Assembly: GCA_008632985.1 (NCBI GenBank)
Contig: QPGO01000096.1
Location: forward strand, 62,001 to 126,000
Source: Psammoneis japonica
Lineage: Eukaryota
Reading direction: 5' to 3'
DNA: 64,000 nucleotides
Shown: positions 37,501 through 50,242 of the stretch, in pieces
Layout of the letters: every line of letters begins with the position of its first letter
Numbering within the stretch: the stretch's first letter is position 1
Translations under genes and position numbers: made by a program
The notes under the pieces: model-generated
The model's database searches: none
Told to the model about the DNA's origin: nothing
What the model saw: the letters and a program-made list of their open reading frames with translations, nothing else

Positions 37501-40500
37501 CTGCATAAAATAGTATCCAAAGCTGATGACTTGGAACTCAACAGCAAGGAAGCTTATGTCAAATCGGTGTCTGGTCAGGTTCTTGCGCCCGAAGAGGAGG
37601 CTCTTGCTAAGTCAGCAAGCCGACAAATTTCATTGAGTAAAGCCTTGGCTCCCGAGGAAGAAGCTGCGATGCAGAAGTTGGTGTTGGGGGATACTGTTTC
37701 TGACGATGAAGTCAAGCTGGCTTTGCGAGCATACCGGAAAATAACCGAATCTAGTCAAAACGAGCTTGACAAGTCTCATGACGAAGACGAGAGTGACGAC
37801 GAAGACGATTTTTTTGACTCTCTTAGAAAGCTTGCCTGCGGGATGAAAATGACGTCGACAGACGAAAAGCACGCCCATGTTGCTTTGTGCAATATGCTCT
37901 CTGGAAATAATTTGCCCTCGGCTGATGAGGAAGCATACGTCAAGTTCGTATCTGGGCAAGAGGTAACAGACGACGAGATAGAGGTCGCTATGTCGACGCA
38001 CCAGAGAATTCTGGCAGGAAAATCGATAACAGCGAGGGAGGAGGCTTCCATGCAGAAACTCGTTTGCGGCGAAGAGCTCTCAATAGAAGACGCTGTAGAC
38101 GCGCGCAGTGCATACCACAAACTCTCCAACGCAGACGCGTCCACGAACGAAATGAAATTTGCGACAGAGTCGAGCTTCAGTCGCTATTCTGACGAGGATG
38201 AGAGCGAAGAAGAAGAAGACTTCTTCGACGCTCTGCGAAAGCTCACTGCCGGTATGGCTATCACTTCAGATGAAGAGAAGAATGCTCATGTCGCTATTCA
38301 TAAAATCACTTGTGATTCGCATTTATCGTCTAAAGGAAAGGACTCATTGATAAAGGTGGTATCCGGACAAGAGATTACTGAATATGACGAGCGCCACGCT
38401 GCGGCAGCCTTTGATCAACTGGTGGCTGGAAAAGATGTGACAGAAACTGCCAAAGAAGCGATACGAAGACTGATTTGGAGAGAAAAACTGGTCGACAACG
38501 ACATCCCATTGGCACTAAATGCGTTTCGCAAGCTTGTGAACTCTAGAACAATGAAGCCTATGAAAGCAAGGCAATACAATGAGTTCAGTCACATCGAAGA
38601 GGCCAACGAAGACGACTTTTTTGACGCACTGCGTAAAATGGCAATGGACATGGACCTGGCACCTGTCGAGGAGAAGAACGCTCACGTTGCCTTCAATAGA
38701 ATGGTCTCCGGTAAAGGTATGGCACCTCATGAAGAGGATGCTTTCTTGAAGTTGGTTTCTGGCGAGGAGTTGACTGCCGAAGAAGAGGACCTTGCAGTCC
38801 AGGCTTATCCGAAACTAGTCTCAAACACCGATCTCACGAACGAAGAGGAACTTGCCTACGGGCGACTTTTGTCCGGAGAACCCTTAAGCAAACGACAAGA
38901 AATTCACGCATTGGCAGCATACAGAAAACTCACCGCTCCGAACGTACCGGGCTTGGAAGAAGAGGCAGCGTTGTTCTCTGCGTTCCGTAGGCTGGCTGCT
39001 GGATCAGAAATGACTCTTCAGGACGACGTTTGTGCTGCTGCAGCGTACAAAAGGATCGTTACAGGCAAGGCATTAGACAGACAGCAAGAGTCGGCATTCA
39101 GAATGCTCGTCTCTGGCGAGGTTCTTGAAACGTCGGGCTCGGATCTAGCGACGGATGCCTACAGGACTTTGATATCCCGCGCTCGAATCACCGTCGAGCA
39201 AGAAGCCGCATTTCGCAAAGTCGTCGTCGGAGATCGGCTCACAGAGATGGAAGAAATGAAATCTATGGAGGCATTCAAGGCTCTTGTCGGCACGGAGGTC
39301 GACAAAGAGGATCCTGAGAACGAATACTCTGCGACCTCGAGTTATGATGAAGAGGAAGAAGACTTTTTTGACGCTTTAAGGAAGCAAGCTGCTGGAATCA
39401 GTTTAAGTCAGCAAGAGGAAATCAAGGCGGCTGCTGCTTGCCAGATTCTCGTCTCAAATAAGCAGCTGACGAACCGGGAAGATGTTACTCTCCGAAAGCG
39501 ATTATCCGGAGTAGAACTTGCCTCTGATGACGAGGATTTTGCCGCGACAGCCTACGGAAAGATGATCTTTGGCAAGCCGCTAAGTGATGCGGAAGAAAAG
39601 GCGTACAGGAAAATGATCTCAGGCGGGACTCTATCGGATAGGGAAGAGGCTGCTGCACGGTCTGCGTTCAAGGCGTTATCGTCGACACAAGACGGCGAAG
39701 TTGATAGGTTTGACGACGACGACGACGAGGATTTCTTTGAAGCACTTAGAAAGCATGCTTTCGGCGAAAAAATGCCTCTTAGTGAAGATATCAGAGCTGC
39801 TTCAGCGTACCGCAAGATGGTTTTCCTCAAGTCGTTGACCAACAAAGAGGATATTGCGTTTAGAAAGCTTGTCTCTGGCGAAGAGCTGATGGAGGATGAT
39901 GAGCGAAACGCTATGACTGCATATCGAAAGATCATGTCTGGGACGCGCATGACCGAGCCAGAAGAGAAGGCGTACGGCAAGTTGGTGGCCGGCGAAGCTC
40001 TTGCGACTCCTGAAAGAGATTGTGCTCTTGCAGCGTATCGAAAACTCGCTTCCAGCAGCTCGGCGCCTGAATATTGTCGCGAGGATACTGAAAGTGACGG
40101 GGATGATGACGATTTTTTCGACGCACTCAGAAAAATGGCGGCCGGCATGGATATCACAGCGGAAGAAGAAGCCAATGCTGCAATTGCTTATAGACAAATG
40201 GTCGATGGGAAAGGCATGACCGACCAAGAAAACAATGCATATGGAAAGCTGGTCTCTGGGGTGAAGCTTACGTCTGACGAAGAAGATCTCGCTGTCACCG
40301 CCTACAGGAAGCTCGTTTTTGACAAAGGCCTTGATACCGTAGAAGAAAATGCGTACGGAAAACTTGTGTCCGGCGAGGAACTAAATGGCGACGAGGAAAT
40401 TCAAGCTCGAAGTGCTTATGAAAAGTTGCGTGCCCCAATAGAGATACCAGGTGAATCGGCTCTGGATGTAAGTGCTCTTCACAAACTTGCGTCGGGACAG

Positions 40501-43500
40501 GAACTTGGCGATGCTGAAGCGCTAAGGGCAGTTTCTGCATACCAGGACATGGTTTCTGGGAAAGGTTTGACACCTGAAGAAGAAGCTTGCTATCGCAAGC
40601 TGGTCTGCGGCACTGAACTCAACCCCGAAGAGCAAGACCTAGCCACTGCTGCGTATCACAAAGTTCTTATGGACAACACGTTGACTCCCACAGAAGAAAT
40701 GGCGTATCGCAAACTCGTCTCCGGTCAGGCGTTCAACGAAGAGGAAAAATCGGTGGTTCTAGCAACATACGATAAGGTGATCTCAGGCCGCGACATACAA
40801 AATGACGGAGCATTCTCTAGCTGCCATTTGACAGTCGAGAGCTTACCTGGAACGGGGGGGACAGCCAGAAATGATGAAGAGCTCGAAGCAGTTGCTGCGT
40901 TTAAAAGATTACAGGAGGAAAGAGGAGTTATTGGTGACACCACATCAACTGCCTCGTTTCGAGTGCTACCAGAAGGCATCCGGCGCGTAGTTCAAAGCTT
41001 TTCTTCCCCCGAGCACGGTCAATATAGCGAGGACAATCACGATGACGCCGAATCATTGACGGAAGGGGTGTTGTCAGCGTCGTCACCTGAGCGAACTGGG
41101 TTCAGTCATTCACATGCTAATGAGCTGTCACCAGAACAAGTTCAAGCATTTCACCAAAAAGTGCTGGAAAATTCTGCGTTGATGGGCGAAGGGGAAACGT
41201 ATCAAACTATAATTGACACGGATGGCACGACAAGCGATGCCAGTGATGCCAGGATGAACTCCAGAATGGCCGTAAATCTCTTGCTTTCCCCGACCATTCT
41301 TACGAAGCGACACCAGCAAGCAATTCGAGCAATCGAGAAACGCAAGTGGGACCAAGTGTCTTACATTTTGAACGCAAATCCATGGCTGGCAGAGATGTCA
41401 GATTTGCAGACGGACCAGTACCTACTTCATAAGCTGTCATTCTACGGCGCAAGCGTTGCCGACGTGGATCCTCAAACCGGCGAAACGACACTAGTGGATG
41501 CTCCGGCATCTCCTGATCTTTTGAACAGTTCTTTAATTCGAATGTGTCCGTCGAGTGTCCACAAGTTTGACCAAGACGGGAACTTGCCACTGCACATGGC
41601 AGCTGCATCGGGGAACCTTGCGATGATCAAGCTTCTTGGAGATCGTTTTTCAAGCGGCGCGTCTGTCCGAAACAACGACGGCCTTTTAGCTCTGCATTTG
41701 GCCATAATGTCGTGTTCGCTGCTAGTATCCGAGGCGAGCAATTCGACAGAAAACGCACTTGAAAGTGTCAAGCAACTACTAAAGCTGTTCCCCGGGGCGA
41801 TTGCCGTGACTGATAACGAAGGAAATCTCCCTCTCCACATTGCTGCAAGCTCCTTACAGGGAGATGTCGGCGTCGACGTTATATACATGCTTCTCGATGA
41901 AGCCAATCGTCAGGCCAACATGGTATCAGGGGTTCGGTTTTCGGACTACAAGCTAAAACCGACTGATGAGTCGGTGGCCACAGACGTTACGTCTGTTGCT
42001 ACGGATTCGGAGATTTTGGATGCGGAAACCATTCATTGCACAATGGTGCGCAACTTACAGGGCCACAATCCTCTCGTGTCTGCCATTCGATCCTTGGCAG
42101 GATGGGAAATAGTCGAAGCCATCGTCGCTGGAAGTGGAGGGCAACGAGCGGCGCTCGCTGTAGATGCAAATATGTGCAATGCGTTGCACCTTCTTTTGAG
42201 CGGCGAATTTGCGGACCCCGCGTCGGTCTTGTCTATTCTTAAAGCAGTACCGAAGTCCGCAACCGTACGTAACAAGGAAGGGCTATTGCCGATCGAGGTA
42301 GGTTGATTTGTTTAGTGTTGTAGAGGCTGCTTATTTTCAGATAGGGACGATCGCTCATTTTCGTCTGCTTCATCAACAAGATGGCATGTATGCAGGGGAT
42401 GCCACGCGATGTCATTCTTGCTCTAGTGTTGGTTGATTTACCTATAGATCTGGACAATAAGGAGAGTGTCAAGGTCCGTGAAGTTCACGGTGAAAGCTGG
42501 TGGTTTCTAACATGTGAATGCGATGATCACCACGTGGACATTGTGGAGGAAGTTATTTCCATATGCGTTTATAACCAAATTCGTGAGCTTTGTTTCATGG
42601 AAGGAGGACCGAATGGCAGCAGCGGAACCGTGATTTCTCGCGCAACTCCTAGATGCAAACGCCAATTGCGGAAAGCACTTCGCTTTGTTGGTCGCTTTGA
42701 ATTTCTTGGTAGCTCCGCTCTTCACACTGATCCGTCGCTTCATCTGAAAGTGTTTGAGGCGCTCGATTTTGGCACGCAAGAAATGGCGACCGAGATTGGA
42801 AGACAAGTGTTCCTTTACAGCTATGGCAATGAAGAGTCTTTCACAAACGAGGTAAGTTGTCAATAATATGAAAGTTGTCACGTTTTGGTACCAGCCCTCA
42901 CATGGTCTCTGCGTCATGAGCATAGACGACATTGCTTCGCGAGCACAATTTTGATCAAGTCTATGTCGAGGAAATAGTCCCGTTTGTTGTGCACGAGACG
43001 AATGAGTTCCAGAAAGGATTTCCACGTCAGTTCTGTGTGGCTATTGAAAGACCGGCCCTTACACTGGACCAAGTAATCGAGTCCATGTCAAGTACGAAGG
43101 GTTATCAACTAGATTCTGAAATGCGTGGACGCTACTTGAACAAGGTGGCCGGCATACTCCACTCAGTAGCGAAAGCTCTTCGACATATACACTCTGTCGG
43201 TGTGGTTCATGGTGACTTGTGCACGCGGAATTGTGGAAAGTTTGAAGACAAATGGAAGCTTCTTGGTATTATGGGTGGCCACAAGATTGGCGCTCTCGTT
43301 TTTCCATCGTCACAATCTTCACCACCAGAATCATGCGAAGTCGTTGATGCTGCTTCTGCAGAAGAGACTGATGCTCTTTCCCCCTCGTGCACTGTCACGT
43401 TGAAAACACAGATTGTAGCTGAAGTGTCATTGGATATTTGGGCGTTTGGGAAACTTGCGTACGAGGCGCTGATGGGAGATATTTTAATTGATTTTGAGAC

Positions 43501-43729
43501 GGACCAAGCCGCACGAAACGACGAGCGAGCGTTGCGGATGCTGATGCAGTGGAATAATTCAAACCTCCACCAAGTGATGGTTAACCTTGAGAGTGCCGGG
43601 GTGACTCGTTCCGGGATCGACATCATTTGTTGCTGCCTCCTCCCCAATGCCGCGGACCGACCAGCGAGTATGGTTGAGATACTAGAGCATTCGTTTTGGA
43701 GCGACGCATTTCAGAGAGGTCTTGAATGA
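34540..43729 (+). CDS. Giant (~3000 aa) protein: disordered N-terminus, 12 helical ~130-aa repeats, ankyrin repeats and a C-terminal kinase-like domain. Exons 34540-42297, 42381-42851 and 42926-43729
   Basis: 2599-codon ORF. GT-AG introns 42298-42380 and 42852-42925 join the next two ORFs in frame. Ankyrin GNLPLHMAA/GNLPLHIAA motifs; kinase-like VVHGDLCTRN and DIWAFGKL..E. Start codon uncertain. Confidence 0.85.
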
Positions 43730-44955
43730 ACCCGGTCAGGACACAGGCGAAAACTATGAAAAAGGCACGATGTTATTGCTTGATGCTGGTCAGTGATGGC
43801 TACTATTATAGAGAACCAACATTGCAGACAATGCACATCTGTTTTTTTTCTCAACCACCAAGGCAACTATACAAGGCATAACTGAGCATGGGGCATGGCG
43901 AAGATTCCGCTTCCGAGGTATTCCTTACCGGTAGCATATGACAATCGCGAACAAAACCAGTTCTATCATCGCCAAAGCCGTGTTTCTTGCTGTTGTCAAT
44001 CGAAGCCACTTGGACCAGGAAAAGGCAAGCCGGAGCATAGCCGCAAGTCACTCATCTCTCTTGCAGAGTAAACAATGAGATCCCAAAAGTCCTGGTACAC
44101 CGCCGAAACTAGGTGCCGCAGCACAACAGTCGCAGCCAGAAAACTTCGATAACAGATACTTGTAGCATTTTCAAGCTATTGGTCAATAACGTTGTTGTGA
44201 TTGTTCATACGCTCTCCATGTTCATACTAAGTTTGCGCGCCTTTCGACAACATTTCTTATTCTTCTCTGCTCCACGAAGAAAGAATGACGAAGATAAGAC
44301 GTCTAGTAGAAGCAATAGAGCGGTACGAAAACAGCAACGACGGCATCAGAGTACGCGAGAGCTACGACCGCCAACGTAGTCCAATGACGTACGTACGGAA
44401 TAAACTAAACGCAAATAAAGATTGCTATGACATACTCTTAGTCTTTCTACTTCTATTGTGAAGGTTTCAAAGGGTGTTTCAAAAATTTGAGACACACCAA
44501 TGTCAAAAGTTGATATAGAAATCGGTAGCGCAGGGTAACGTTGCCTCAAGAGCGCCATCAAAAGATGGAGCTCAAGCTTTTTCCTATTTTCGGGGTGGAT
44601 CACCATCCCAAAAAAAGAAAAAGGGGGGACGTACTACGGAGACGACAAGTAAACTTGCGAGTCAACCGCGTTCTAAATCAACACTCCCTACGAGTGAAGA
44701 CTTACCGTATCATGTCACTGATACGACGGAACCCCAAACCCGTGTTCCGTCAACGGTATGATCTGCTTGGCGAGCTTTTGCTGCTTCGCAGACGAACGCT
44801 GCTGTCTGTTTCAACAGCCGTGACCTGACTGGGTCAAGCGAACAGGCAACTTCCTACGCTCAAAGACACGAGAGTGACATGGACTCAAGGCCGGAGAGAC
44901 GCATTCGATTTGCCCTGACCTCTGGACTTAACTGGCAACACCTACGCTACCATTT

Positions 44956-45249
44956 GAGACAACACGCCATCAAGCAAAATGAGTTGTGGAACACCAAACA
45001 AGAGCAGGCAATTAGAACCAGAGGAAGGGCGAGCCATCCTTGGGTATCGCGGCATTCCGGCTTGGCGAACAACAACACCTCGTGCGAGACGACGAGTTGA
45101 AAAAGAGAGACAACACACCATCAAGCAAAATGAGTTGTGGAATACCAAACAAATGCAAGGTCTCAATCCAGAGGAAGGGCGAGCCATCCTTTGGCGATAA
45201 CGGCATTCAGGCTTGGCAAACAACAAACACATCGTGCGAGACGACGAGT
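44956..45249 (+). repeat. Two-copy tandem repeat, 151-bp period, CpG retained
   Basis: gagacaacac.ccatcaagcaaaatgagttgtggaa...ccagaggaagggcgagccatcctt...cgtgcgagacgacgagt at 44956 and 45107. Confidence 0.9.
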
Positions 45250-45489
45250 GTGGGATCGAGATCGAAACGAGCGCAGATTTTGAGATTGGCTGTTTGTGTC
45301 GTGACCGTTGCTAAATTTCTCAATCACTATTACTTTTGTGTACAATGGTAGAATTAATGCTATGATTTCGTATGTAGAAGATTCGTGGGAGTTCAGTACT
45401 TTCAAAAATATTACTAATTCCTACGTACAGTTTACGCTAACCGTCGAAAACGCAAAAGACTGACGAGCGACTGACTGATGAAAAAACTC

Positions 45490-48350
45490 AGAGAAGTCGA
45501 CAGAGAGGCAGGGCTCTTGGTGTGGTTTGTTCCAACACATCACCCAAGTCAGTGACCAAGCCCGACAGAGCCATCTGTTCTCTTGTCCAAAGCTCTTTCA
45601 CAGGGGCAGGGTCTTTGCAGGAGCAGCAGTGCCATTTGTCCTCATCGTTGGGCAGCGGTGGCACACTGGAAAACTGTGCCAGCCAAAACATTCAGAAAAG
45701 GTGCCAGAATCTGAGAAATGTTTGTGAAACACCACTCAAGACTCAAGCAGAGTTGAGCCAAAGTGACAGCTGGATTGTGCGAAGTGGTTTCAGAGTTGTT
45801 GCAGCTCATTTTGCCCCAAGACGCATTTTTTTCAGCCCCAGGCGCATGTGACATTGGGCCTGCAGAATTCTAAGTGCGAGCTCCATGGTGCAAGAATTCA
45901 ACCAATGGATGTTTCTGTCTTCAAAATAAATGACCAAGTTTGTGGCACAATTGTGCCTCTTGCCTCTTGAAGTTTTTGCAAATGTGCCTGCCCTTCTCAC
46001 GACTCTGAAGACATTTGAGAATCGTGCTGAAAAAATTTCAAAAGTTGTTGGATGGATCGCTCAATGAGTGCAAGGGCCAAGTCAAGTGTGTGGCTCAATG
46101 AAGAGGTCAGTCCAGACAGATCATGACCCAACACTTTCCCACAGTGAAAATTGCGGCAGGAGTCTGACAATGACAAAACACCAGATGTCAGATGACTTCC
46201 ACCACCACCACCACAACAACATCTGCTGCATGCAGTGTGCACTCCTTGTTCTTTCACACATGAATTGACAACTTCAAGCATTGCATGCACCAGTGCACCA
46301 AGCACTGCGTTGCGCACAAAGCCATGGCACACTGTGATGGGCAACATGCCATGGTGCTTTTGAGCCCTTTTTGTGACAACCATTGTCAGCCAAACATGAC
46401 ACGGTTCAATGAATTCAACAATGTCAATTGAGCGGGGCCTGCAGCACAAAACAGAAGATGAAATGTGATGGCTCATGTGCAGAATGCCAGTGTGCAATTG
46501 ATTGTGTTCTTTGCCGTGTGTGCCATCACCAATGCAAGCTACAAGGCATGTGGCAAAAGCTGGTGCAAAAGCAGAACTGCACACAGCCAATGACAACAAT
46601 GTGGCAGATTGAACAGTCACCCTCATTCTTCCAATTGATGCATCTTGGGTGCAGAGTGTGAAGTGGATCATTTTTAAATCAGACTTGTGTCATGCAGCCA
46701 CAAATGCAAGCCATGAGACATCTGGAGCAAAGGACAAGACAAAAGCAGAACCTCACATGGCTGACAAAAATGTGGTGGATTGACTGGCAACATTTGTTTT
46801 TCCCTTTGACCCATCTCATGGGCAGAATGCAGTGGAACATTTGTTCCTTCTTGTGTCATGTGGTCACAAATGCAAACCACAAGGGCTCTGAAGCAAAGGC
46901 TGAGGCAAAAACAGAGCCATCCACAAGCAATGTCAATGCAGATGATTTCATGGCAAAGTTTGTTCTTTCCTCGCTCTGCTGCATGGGGCCGCTTTGTGTT
47001 GACATGCTGATGCATGAGTCATGGTCATCGCCCACAGCAGTGGATGGTCACAGGGCTAAAAGCACATCTGCCTGACTGTGTTTGCTGCAACGCACTCCAC
47101 TTGTTTTTGTTTCCCTCCCCTGAGCCCTTTCAGGCATTCCTTCCTGCAAAATTGCCCTCATTTCCTGGGTGTTCCTGAAAAGAGCAAGGCAAATTCCCCT
47201 TTGCCCTGGCCATTTTGGAGAAAATCCAAAGTGAGGCACCACTTGCTGCTTTGCACCTGCCCAAGAAGCTGGAAATGAAGTGTGTTGTCACACATGCCAG
47301 TGACAGAACTCCAGCAGCAGGAGCACTGCTGACTTTTTGCTGAGCCAGCCAGGATTTGCAGCCTGCCCCCATCATCCAAGTCACAGTTGAACAATGACAG
47401 CTGCAGCACGGCCATTGACTGAGTTGCTTCTGATGGCAACAATGACAAACAAACAGCAACAGACTTTGTTTTCCAGCACATCCTCAGCTCAAAGTTCATT
47501 GATGCCAACAGCTGCCCCTCCAACACAGTCTCTGGCCACATTGCAAACCCCCCCAATGAGGCCGAGGGCATGTTGCCAGACATCAGCAGCGCTCGTGTCG
47601 GAGAGGGGAGAGCAGCAACCTCAGAACCCACTGTGGGAATCTCCATCACGATCCACCACAAACAATGTGTCAGATTCTTTGTTGTCAGTGAGAAAGAAGC
47701 TGCAGTGCACAGGGCCAAAATGGGCAGTCATCTCGTGTGTTTTGCAGGGGGCAAGAAGACCAAAAACAACATTTGCCTCAGAAGAAGCTTCTTTCCACAG
47801 AAAACCACCTCCTGAAACCAAGAAGTCTCATCAACTCACATGACAAATGGGAGGGAAATCTCAAGGAAAAGCTTTGAAAGTCAGAAATCTGTCAGTGTGC
47901 TGGGGTTGTGCATCTTGAAGCATGCCAGTGATGGGGTGCCCACCCAGACTCTCGCCCCAACGAGGCCCCAGCGCACAGCGTGCCTGGCCTGTCTGGGGTG
48001 GGAGCTCTTTTGTGAGTGCAAGAAGTCTGCAGACAAGCATCCAAGGTGTGCCAACCAGATGAGCAATGTGTTGCTGTTGTCAAAGAAGGAAGTGGTGGGA
48101 GGTGCTGTTTGCACCATGGCTTGAGCGAGGAGCATCTCTGCAACTTCTTCCCCCACTCTCTTGCAACAAAAACTCGCTGATGATGTGGGAATCGCATTCA
48201 TTGTTTAATTTCTGTGACATTGTTTTGGTGTGACTTGCTTTCATCATGTAAACCGCACGCCATTTGCAACAATGCATGGTGATGTCGTTTTGCTTTCAAC
48301 AACAAACGATCACCAATCACCAGCCCAAAAATCTGGCCAGTGCGTGACCA
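45490..48350. other. Hypermutated repeat domain C (probable TE relics)
   Basis: Near absence of TpA, low CpG, Cys/His-rich spurious ORFs and sharp edges. Confidence 0.85.
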
Positions 48351-48694
48351 TTTTTGGACTCCTTCGACTAAAGGGTGTGCTCTCGAATAATCTGACATCT
48401 ATGCAGTAAATTCATTCTACTCCTACTCTACTACTTTGCATTTCTGTAGTGCTTCATTGGAACTTCTGCAATGGCCTCGCCAGACTTGCCTTCTAGAGTA
48501 AACATTTACAGAGTGACATCTGGCTACAAAGCATGAGGATGCGGGTCACCACAACAACAAACTCCAGCCCCAGCAATAAAAGGGGAAAAAGTAAACCACA
48601 AATGCCACACTAATGATACATATTTCAAATCCCGTTCGCATGAATAATATAATGCTCTGCCGTCACACCGTCGCAGCACGCTGTCCTTTTCATG

Positions 48695-49825
48695 TCAGGG
48701 GAACAGATACTCGCGAAGCAAAACTAGCGCAGGAGCTGCAAAAGACTCAGTCTCTTCCGCGGCCAACATGATTTCATTGAGTTGAATTTCTGTAACGAAA
48801 ACCGTCTGCAATGGAGGCTTTTCTCCAAAGACCTGAAAGCACCACATCGTGTGATAAAGGCGTGAGAACATGCTGCAAATCCAAAACATCCATCACCTTT
48901 GCGGGTCCTGTGTACTTACTTCTCGCATGTTCAGATTATTCACGAGATTCTTCGCCCCAAGAGGAGATTCATTTGCAAGTTCCGATATATCCCTCCCCCG
49001 AGTCAATAGTGGGTCAATGACTGCAGACACAAAGTCTTGGTCCCCAGGAAGACGTTTACGCGTTGCCATCCAAATCTCGCGGCAGCCCCTCTGGCTCTCA
49101 TCCGGTCTTTCGGTGGTTCGAATACCACGTGCATTGGGATGAAGGCAACCAATTGCAACGTCTTGGACGGCTTCGCCCGTACTAGAATCTCTAACCACCA
49201 CATGCAACAAAAGCCGGCCTGGTGAACTGCGGCTCGGAACAAAATTGCCAAAGGTGGGATTGTCGTATAGTCTATGTCTAGCAATGTAACGATAGCGTCG
49301 CGGCGAGCGAGAATGACGATCTGGAACTAGTCCCATTGGAGGCGTCCGGGCACCATTCCACCAATGGCTGGGGAACCTGACATGTTGCCCCACCAAGGTT
49401 TGCCACAGCGTCCCAGCATTTTGTGCGTGTCGGTATGCCTTTTCTTTGCGAAGGGCAGAGTACTGGCTGAAGAAGGAACTGTAACTGGGATTCTCAGAAG
49501 GATTACGGTGTGATTTTTCCCTCCGTCTCGTAACAATTGGAGAGTGAGCCAATCTCCAGTCATCTTCAAAATGCCTGCTGGGCGGAGATACCGGAGAACT
49601 TCGATTTACCCTGGAGGACTGCTCCTCGCGTCTTACTTTTCCTGCATTCTGCGACGGTCCCATGTAATACCCATAATGATCATCCTCATCGTCGTCATCG
49701 TCGCTGTCGAACAGACTGTGATCTCGACTCGACCTTTTCTCGCTCTCTGAAAACAGGTTCTCGTATCTGCGTCCTTGATGATGATCATCGTACCAACTAT
49801 TAGACGTCATGGTGTGTGGAGCCAT
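48695..49825 (-). CDS. Hypothetical protein, two exons (49825-48920 and 48832-48695)
   Basis: 310-aa ORF with a disordered N-terminus and an ordered C-terminal half (HAQNAGTLWQTLVGQHVRFP...WW). Intron 48833-48919 (gtaagt...ttcag) joins NMRE to VFGEKPPLQTVF in frame. Confidence 0.75.
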
Positions 49826-50242
49826 TTCCCCTTTATCAAGTCTTACTGCAATTTGTGACGATTGAAATTACAAGCTATGAGCGTTGAGTTCAGTTGTAAT
49901 GAGTTCGTGGGAATGAGTTTTGAGATGTGGGACCGCTTTCAGTCGCTCATTTTCATGTGCTGTTGCATTGCAGAATAAGCGAAGCGTTTGTGCGGTGGGG
50001 GGCGGGTTGCTGTTGCTGATCCAATGCCAAATCTGACTCGTGCGTGACTCATTCGAAATTTTCGTATAAGTATTCATAAACAAATATGGGATACAAAAGT
50101 CATACGTACCGAATATTGTATGTAATGTAAATAGCTATGAGTATGTTTACAAAAGTCATTCAGACAAAAACACGACCATGAGACAAATTCATGATGCCCT
50201 CAACTCACAAACCTCGAGGTTTTTAGGTTACTGTAAGAGACT

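Noticed and set aside
44956..45249. Possible CRISPR-like or LTR structure in the tandem repeats (also 52915-53335)
   Set aside because: Eukaryotic context, no constant repeat with unique spacers, no cas or gag-pol genes.
45997..46671. 224-aa minus-strand ORF containing SSAFAPAF, resembling a plastid-targeting ASAFAP motif
   Set aside because: It lies inside hypermutated domain C, has no Tyr and no recognisable mature domain; most likely chance.
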